DNA of 58,169 nucleotides, counting the filler, from Sluysia triapertura (taxonomy: Eukaryota), in NCBI GenBank assembly GCA_046118255.1. It is 4 parts of 4 records of this genome, joined end to end, with 100 filler letters (N's around TTAATTAATTAA, not from the genome) between each part and the next. Parts side by side here need not be neighbours in the genome. Positions count along the whole stretch, not along the records: positions 43,206 to 58,169 come from JBJNIA010243214.1; 3 more parts are not named here. One strand, 5' to 3'. Position 1 is the stretch's first letter; each line of letters starts with the position of its first letter. This document shows, in pieces, positions 50,800 through 58,169 of the stretch. A program made the translations under genes and the position numbers. A model generated the notes under the pieces. The model had not been told where the DNA came from. It ran no database searches and worked only from the letters and a program-made list of their open reading frames with translations.

Positions 50800-52150
50800 C
50801 TAAGTCCACCGAATCATCGTCCTGAAGGAGATAGTTATACCGGAACAAATAGTGAGAACCACTGTCATTTCGAAATTTCTGTGGAGATAGTAGTTGTAAT
50901 TCTGGATACTTTGTTGATGTCGTCGGTAAAGTAGTGCGTGGTGGATTCTATGATGACGAAGACTTTGATGATGTGTCTATTGATGATTTGGTCAATGATG
51001 GAGCAGATGATGGTGAAGAAGTTAAGGAGGAGATAGAAAAAGAAGTAGAAGGAGAAGATGTAAGTTTCTTCTTTTTTGGAGAGGGAGGAGAGAGCTTAGA
51101 ATTAGAAGTGGGAATGGTGGAAGGTTTTTTAAAGAGAGCGGGTGGAGGGTTATTACAGCGAGAAATGAATTGCAACTCTCGCTCCCTTATGAAATCAAGT
51201 AAGGTTACCAGTTCTGACGCCATCTGCCTGCATGTTAGTACTGGTGAAATTGGAAAAATGAGCCGCAATGTTTGACGAGCTCTACAAAAATATCGTCTGT
51301 CGAAAACAGGACCAAGTTGTGATTTGACAAGTTTATTATCCCACGTAGTAACCTAAAATGTATACTTAGCGTCTCAATGAGAAATTTAGGATTTAATGAG
51401 ACTGGAACTTTGTTCCGAAGGATCCCAATAATCTGAGGGTGGATGTCGTCGATATCCTTAGCCTGTTTAAGGTCGACATCCGTAACTACCTGAATGTTTC
51501 AGCGGAAGTTTTGAATACGGCACCGAGGTTTTATGAGGGCCTCGGTGTTAAATTGACGACTCTAAGGAGTACAGGTCACACAAATCAATTGCGGGTTATT
51601 TAAGAAATCTGTGGCATATTGGAAAGCCACGAACTTAAGTCTATCCTCGTTTTTACGCCGAAAGAAGAGGAACATGCTATATGAGGAGCCGTTTTTCCAT
51701 CGACTTATATTGTCGAGACCTTCAGCAGCAGCAGGAAAGAAGGAGCGAAAAGAGGAGCAGAAGGTAAAACAAAACGAAAAGCAAGATGAGTGGGAAATTC
51801 AAGGGCTTCCACCATAATTTTACAAGTTTTTGATAGATTTGACAGATGGAGGGTTGAGTGATTTTCTACACGTAATAACAAGGGAATCTTTTCAACCTCT
51901 AACGTGACTTTAATCGCCCCGCTCGCAGCTACTATATACATTGTGTCAAATTCGTCGGGCATATTGGTTAACCCTTGTAAAGAAATGAAAGGTATCTCTG
52001 GCGATAAAGCAAAAATGTGGGTTGCCACATTATCATTTAATTCGGACTTTAATTTACAGTCGTGGCAAACGAGTTAGGAAAGAATTTAGGAGTAATATTT
52101 TCGACACAAAATTTGTCGATAGAAGAATAAAAGATTTTGATTTGGTTGAT
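50800..52150 (-). pseudogene. LTR-retroelement accessory ORF, diverged homologue of 1137-2424
   Basis: ORFs 51705-52028 and 50948-51268 plus the intervening EDRLKFVAFQYATDFL...IKPRCRIQNF...AKDIDDIHP...VPVSLNP (with stops). Confidence 0.8.
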
Positions 52151-52319
52151 GGTTCTGGCTCGGAATGTTTTGACTAGATGTGTACTGGATTACAAAGATA
52201 ATTAGAGTTTACATAAAGAGGAAAATTCGTAATAAAAAATTAAAGAAAAATATTAAAAAGTAATTTTTTATGCCGATGTATTTCAATACTATAATAAACG
52301 ATAATAATTAGGAAATATT

Positions 52320-52803
52320 CTAATGTTTTAAAAATGGGTTACTGCATAATCTTGCATGCCTCTTATGAAATTTCTTAAGTTGGCGTCTTCTATAATTACG
52401 CCTTTGTGATTTAGTTAGTCCTGGTGGATAATCAGGTTTTGGTACCTGAAATCCATTATACATGACGGTGACGCCTGGAAAAATTGGAGGTTGATAAATA
52501 TCAACACTCGCATTCTCCTGGAGCCCATTATAAGCTAGAAGAGGAGTTGAGCCAGGTCTAATGTATTTAACGGAGAAATCGTAAGACCTACGAAATGATT
52601 TTTTATAAAAGATATTGCATTCGGTGATTGTGACTCGGCACAAAGGACAAGATGGTAAGGGAGTTCGGGCAGAATCGAACAGAAAATATAGACATCTAAA
52701 ATGGAAACGATGTCTACAAGGCAATGCGATAGCGTAATATCTGTCTATAGTCCTTCGACAAATAGAACATAAGGTGAATCGCAGTGATGATTGTGTGGTT
52801 TTG
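52320..52803 (-). CDS. RING-H2 finger protein (putative E3 ubiquitin ligase) with basic C-terminus; 3' exon
   Basis: Frame extends upstream of the listed ORF: CSIC-x13-CRH-x2-H-x2-C-x14-CPLC; acceptor-like tttttatttttag at 52804; tail KSQRRNYRRRQLKKFHKR. Confidence 0.85.
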
Positions 52804-53310
52804 CTAAAAATAAAAATTATATAATAAGATAATACTTATGAAAAATAGTAAGTAAGATAGATTTAAATTTTACACTTATAAAAATTTATTTTAACTAATT
52901 ATACTAGTAAAACTTATTCTTAGCTAATTAACGTAGATAATTTTACTAAAATATGAGTTTCAAAACTGTCCTGCCCGCAACCGAAAATGGACAGTTAACA
53001 GCCATCACCCATGGTTCGTAAACAGGGAAATGTCATCACTCACATTTTATGCCTTATATAATTTATATTTTAATGATTTTTATGTCTTATAAATAAATGC
53101 AATATGTATAAATGAAGTAACAAAAAGAAAACTTAGTAAAATATAATAACTAAATATAGTGTGATACAAATTTATAGAGGTAGCAGGATGACTTAAACGT
53201 GAGTAATTATAAGATTGTAGACTTATATTCTTACTTAATATATTGGTGTAATTAGTAGTTTTAGCTTTATTTGTAGTTTTTAACGTATTTAAAGTAGTAG
53301 TGATTTTATT

Positions 53311-54036
53311 TTATGTTGGATAATTTACAACATTTGATTTGTCTAAAACAGGTACTACTAGATCACATACTCTATATTTCGGCCAAAGTCCAGGAGTATC
53401 GAGAATCTCGTTGTAACGTAGGATCCAAACCTCAATGAGTGTGAGATTGTGTTCCGGTATAAACAGTAAATGAATACTGGTATTAGGTATTATTAGTGCA
53501 TAATGTTGTTCATTGTCAAAATGTGAGTCAAAACTATTACTAGTAAGATTCTTTTTATTTGATTCGTAACCTATCACTATGCTATGTTTTAGTAAAGGGT
53601 TTGCTATACGAACGAAGTTATTGTTTTCCCTGTATAATGTCATTAAGAACCTAATAGTCGTTGTTAGATGACTAAAAGTGCATGGTTTTGTTCGAATCCT
53701 TTAACTATCTATAGACTTGGCTTTCGAAATTAAATTGGTTATAAATTCTAAACGTAGAGTGACGTTGAATAATTGATTTTCCATCAAACCATCACAAGAG
53801 GCAATCCAGTACATGGTATATTTACTAACATCTAATTCCCGATTACACCATTTAGTTAGACAACAATGCATGGTAATATTAGTAATTGTAACAGTCTCAC
53901 TTCCTATTTTCGCGTATATTGTTCGTTGTAATGCCTTTAGTGTGATTCGTGGTTTTGTTACTATTGGTTTTGCGTGTATGTTAATTATACAAGTCATACA
54001 TATACATGCCAACATGACAGATTGTAAATTAGTCAT
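53311..54036 (-). CDS. Secreted Cys-containing protein; one ~240-codon frame interrupted by a single TAA at 53701-53703
   Basis: Signal-peptide-like MTNLQSVMLACICMTCIINIHA|KP; ORFs 53701-54036 and 53311-53643 are in frame, joined by 19 sense codons (RIRTKPCTFSHLTTTIRFL). Confidence 0.6.
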
Positions 54037-54324
54037 TTACCACCCTCCGTATACTAAAGGTGAATGATTATTTGTTGCATACTCATACACAGGAGGTTGT
54101 CTTACTGGAAATCTTGGTGGTGGTTCATAGTTATTTCTATGTGGAATTGTATAATGATCATCGTCGTCATCGCGACTATATGGCAAACATGGATATCTAC
54201 ACTTATTTGATACAAACATAATTATTACGAGTATAACAATAGATAGTGCAATTACAAATAATATTCCGGCTAGAATTAAAATTAACAATGCTGGGTCATT
54301 TTTTAGCATTTCTGATAGTGACAA
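54037..54324 (-). CDS. Small single-pass membrane protein with a PPxY- and Tyr-motif tail
   Basis: Hydrophobic ALLILILAGILFVIALSIVILVIIMFV, juxtamembrane Cys, DDDDD, YTIP, YEPPP, PPVY; TATAAAA upstream at ~54402-54408. Confidence 0.7.
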   Translation of the reverse strand: MSLSEMLKNDPALLILILAGILFVIALSIVILVIIMFVSNKCRYPCLPYSRDDDDDHYTIPHRNNYEPPPRFPVRQPPVYEYATNNHSPLVYGGW

Positions 54325-55000
54325 ATATTTTTGTGTTCCTTTTAGAACAATATGATTGTTATAGGTTTAGTTTGAAGTGGATAATGCTAGGAAGGACACC
54401 ATTTTATAGGTGCTTATGTATTATTTTTCTATTTGTTTTACATATCTCATAGATGTTAGTTAACTTAGAGGGCAATTTATAATTTTTATTACTAAAGATC
54501 AGATTGAGTGGTATTTTAAAAACATGGATACTTTTGCTGAATTTAATGGATGAATACTTAATTTAAAGTTTAGTATTTGGTCGATATATATAAATTTTAC
54601 TCCGTTTAATTTAATTCCGTTTTACTACAAATTTTGTAATGATTTTTAGAATAACTAAAACAGTAATGTGTATTAAACTTATATTCAAAATTGTTTTCTA
54701 CAATACAATTAGTTTTTATCAAATTGATTAAGATTTTAACAAAAAAATGATTGACTAAAGTTAATATTTTATTACAAATGAAAATACGAACAAATGAAAA
54801 CTTTTGAACAATTCTAAAAACAAGATTAACTGCACCAGGATGACCATAATATCCAATCCGCCACCGTTTCGTGTTCCAACAACTTCCTTGATCAACTAAA
54901 AGATGATTAAATACACAAATTAATTTAAAACTAACAGAATTCGAATGGCATAAAAAGCATGAAAATTATCTATGACAGTAACTCTATATTTCGCCAATAA

Positions 55001-55909
55001 CTAGATATATTGATCACTCCTTTGCATAATTGTAGCTCGAAATAAGTTACGTAAATTTACTAGAAAGTTTTCCACTTTATCAAGTACGAGATCGTTATTC
55101 TTGAATAGCCTACTTTCTAATATTGAAGCTTTAATTCGAACGGTTCTTATTCTTAATTTCACAAGTTCATATTGGTGCAGCAATATTTTAGTTACCGGAT
55201 CAATGAAACTCATTATTAATGTCAAGTTTAAATATTGACTGCATTGCATTAAACTAAAAGCATTTATTCCATGATAATGTACTAAAACTAAAAAACGATT
55301 AATAACATGCATTCTGAATAATAAAAGGTCTTTTTCATGACTAACACAAAATGGCATTAAACTGGAAACATTTATTTCATGATAATGTACTAAAACTAAG
55401 AAACGATTAATAACATGCATTTTGAATAATAAAATGTTATTCTCATGACTAACACAAAATGGAATCGTAACATATTTACCACAATTGTAATTATTAGACC
55501 ATAAAGATTTTGGAAGGTGGGCCCACTTTCTTGATATTAGAGATTTTAAGAATTCATGGTTTGATTTAAATCGATTCCAACAATTTATATTAATCTTGAA
55601 AATTGGTTCAAATACTAATGGATATAAATCGTCTATCATTAGATTGTCTGATTCTTGGGATAATTCCTTTGATAATTCTAGACAGTACATTTTACAATCT
55701 TTATTTCTTGAAATAAACGAAAAATTGTCAACACTTTTTACATTACAAATACTTCGTAATAGCAAAGAAGATTGTTTATCCTTTCGTTCCTTATAAATTA
55801 TGATCACATAATGATTAGAGTGACGTAAAACGCCAGTTAAGACATACGTTGGAAACAACATTAATCTCACATCGATATTAATGCATGGTCTAACTAAATC
55901 ATCGTACAT
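55001..55909 (-). CDS. Intact 302-aa cargo ORF of element C with an in-frame 36-aa tandem duplication; unknown function
   Basis: ATG-initiated ORF directly downstream of the promoter cassette; PFCVSHE..LLF.MHVINRFLVLVHYH.IN..SLM occurs twice. Confidence 0.75.
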   Translation of the reverse strand: MYDDLVRPCINIDVRLMLFPTYVLTGVLRHSNHYVIIIYKERKDKQSSLLLRSICNVKSVDNFSFISRNKDCKMYCLELSKELSQESDNLMIDDLYPLVFEPIFKININCWNRFKSNHEFLKSLISRKWAHLPKSLWSNNYNCGKYVTIPFCVSHENNILLFKMHVINRFLVLVHYHEINVSSLMPFCVSHEKDLLLFRMHVINRFLVLVHYHGINAFSLMQCSQYLNLTLIMSFIDPVTKILLHQYELVKLRIRTVRIKASILESRLFKNNDLVLDKVENFLVNLRNLFRATIMQRSDQYI

Positions 55910-55979
55910 TTTCGATATTCAAGTAAAAGAAAATTTGAAATTCTCTGTTTTGTCTGAAATTTTTATTTTTTGTCTGTTA

Positions 55980-57199
55980 AGAATTTTTCTGCCTTTTTTG
56001 GACTGTCTGCTTTTTATTGATTATTTTTAATTGAGACTATTTTTAATCCACCCAATCAGATTAGTAATAATAAGACAAAAAGTGATCATTCTGATTGGGT
56101 GGTGTGTTAATCGAAAAATGAACTCATTAAAATGCTGATGGCTGATTACTGACCGTCATCAACGTTGACAGTCTAATGAAAATGTACATAGACTGTCATC
56201 GTTAGTGATGGCAGCAACCAGTTTAAACGACGATAATTAAATTTTGTTTATTTTATTTTTATATTTAGGTAATTAGGAAGAAGAGTAATGATAATAACAA
56301 TAATAACAACAACGCTAATAGTAATATGGTTATCATTATTGTTATTGTGATTAAAAAATACATGAATTCTATCTTTTAAAAGTTTACACAATCTTTTTCT
56401 TTTAGCTTCTTTGATTTCTAGTATACATAATAAATAAAAGAAATAAAACTTATAAAATACCGTGAAGAAACAACGATAACGAGGTATATTACGTCTCAGT
56501 TATCGTTGCTTGTTGTTGAGATAATGAATCGTTTGAAGCTTTAATGTGTTTATTTATAAAATAAAAGAAATGATTTGAGTTGAAATTGAAACGAAAGATG
56601 TTGAAATAGAGTAATAAGATTTATTAGGATTTGGAATTAAAAGTAAGATTTGATCCATGAATATGATAGTTTGAGATGCTTAATGAAAAGTCAAAGTTAT
56701 TTTAATTTTAAAAGATGATTACAAAATAAATTTTAATATATTATAATGTTATTGCGAATAATTGTGAATGATGAATATGTGTATATGAAGTGGATTTAGG
56801 TCGGTTTTGTTGATTAAGGTTTTAGATGGAAATGATCTATGTTTCTGAGGTATTTGTTAGCGTTGTTTGATAATGCTATTATATTTATGATTTGTGAAGT
56901 TTATATTATGATTGTGATTTGTTTGTTGAAATATCTTATGAATGAATGTTGTGGATTATTTGAGATTAAATGTCGGAGTTTGTTATGCTATGGATGGTTG
57001 AAATGTTAGTTAGATTATTGATGTGTGTGAGTTGATGAAGTGCTGTAAACATCGAATATTATTTTATGATGTTTGTGTTGGTGAAGTTCGATAGCAAAAA
57101 GTGTGATTATTTTGAAAAGTGAATTTTGATGAGATTTAATTTGTGAATATTACATATGAAATTTTGATTAATTATAAATTATGAATGTTGGCCACTACA
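55980..57199 (-). mobile_element. Terminus and promoter cassette of cargo element C (other end not identified)
   Basis: Minus strand: TGTAGTGGCCAAC (57199), ~600-nt G-poor spacer, gaaaaagattgtgtaa..ttcatgtatt, microsatellite, hairpin 56161-56203, 13-bp inverted CCAAT pair 56048-56060/56090-56102, aaaaagcaga. Confidence 0.8.
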
Positions 57200-57521
57200 A
57201 CAGCAACTTATTAGAAATGAAATCATTAATCGAACTGTTATCATGTGTCTTCGCTATCCATTCCTTTTTCCAATTCATTATTTCTTGACACTGTATATCA
57301 TTATTGAAGGATGATGTTATTTTATTCATACAAATATTACAAATAGGTTTACCATTTGAAAAATGATACCATTTCAAATTAGAATCAGAATATTCTTTGA
57401 TAGCATGTAAAAAATATATTGATAAAGTTAAAAAATATTTGTTTTCACTACATTGTTTAATTAATTTCTTTTTCATAAGTGCTACAGTTTTAGAATTGAA
57501 ATTTTGCCGTAATTGATCCAT
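57200..57521 (-). pseudogene. Cargo gene of copy D, truncated by the terminus of element C
   Basis: The ORF's TAG stop is supplied by the TGTAG terminus of element C; contains CNIC. Confidence 0.6.
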
Positions 57522-57544
57522 CTCAACTTTTTTTGAAGTACAAA

Positions 57545-58030
57545 TGAAATCTGCTTTTTTGATTACAAGCCGAAATATTGTCTGGATTTAAAATTTTTAC
57601 TTGTCTGGATTTTTAATTGTGAAAAGAAAATTGGGAATGAATGTGCTATTTTTTGTATACCCAATCAGAGTATTTTAAGTATATTGAAAATTATCTGTGC
57701 TCTGATTGGGCGATAACAAAAATTAATTTTTAAAATAGATTGAGAGACCAACTACCGTGATGGGTATTGTCATTTTAATGGCAGATTTAAAAAGCACAAT
57801 CATCACTAATGAAGGTAGTAACTATTTTAATGTGTTGAATTAAGAATTGATGAAAGCATCAAGTATGACTAACAACGAGAATAATAAAAATGATGATGAT
57901 AATAATAATAATAATAGTAAGAACAACAATAATAACAATAATAATATTGTTATTATTGTGATCTGTAAATAAAATTGCATAAATAATCTTTAAGCTTTTT
58001 ACACGATCTTTTTCTTTTTGTTCTTTAAAG
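57545..58030 (-). promoter_or_regulatory. Promoter cassette of copy D (terminus predicted beyond the window)
   Basis: gaaaaagatcgtgtaa..ttatgcaattt, (TAT)n, tctgccatt..tgacaa, 11-bp inverted CCAAT pair 57660-57670/57700-57710, aaaaaagcaga. Confidence 0.75.
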
Positions 58031-58169
58031 TTCTGACATATAAATGAAATAAAAAGGAATAAAACAAATGTCGTATTGTGAAGGAACAACAATAACTAAG
58101 TATATAATGTATCATTTGTAGTTGTTGCTTCACAGTACGATAATGAAATCTTTAAAGTTATCTTAAATT

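Noticed and set aside
50934-51275. Acidic plus-strand ORF
   Set aside because: Antisense of the Ser/Pro-rich tail of the conserved minus-strand accessory ORF.

Overview
Very AT-rich eukaryotic (animal-like) scaffold with short introns, (AAT/TAT)n microsatellites and three artificial 100-nt contig joins. The organism cannot be named from the sequence. The window is almost entirely mobile-element-derived. Recognisable parts: degenerate Ty3/gypsy pol (25.6-28.2 kb) and gag (40.7-41.7 kb); several LTR, PBS and PPT pieces; mariner and Tc1 transposase remnants; a TA-flanked MITE and a TTAA-flanked MITE; a tRNA-Cys-like pseudogene; and one probable host exon for a secreted, neuropeptide-precursor-like protein (46.1 kb). 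Two systems stand out. (1) A family of multi-kb cargo elements with no transposase I can recognise. Their ends read TGT(A/G/C)GTG(G/T)CC(C)AAC, followed inward by an ordered cassette: G-poor spacer, AAAGAT..TGTAA..TTATG(C/T)A block, microsatellite, TGCCA/TGACAG hairpin, paired CCAAT boxes, then a gene. Five termini and six cassettes are visible. Inverted pairs bracket convergent, divergent cargo genes at 9694-13595 and 29529-35801, and one copy is inserted into another copy's gene. (2) Gypsy-like LTR elements with unusual 3' payloads: a ~430-codon non-Env ORF next to the PPT (two diverged copies); a co-oriented array of a PPxY membrane protein, a secreted protein and a RING-H2 protein; and an aspartic-protease-like ORF downstream of integrase. 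All homologies were judged by eye; no database searches were run.
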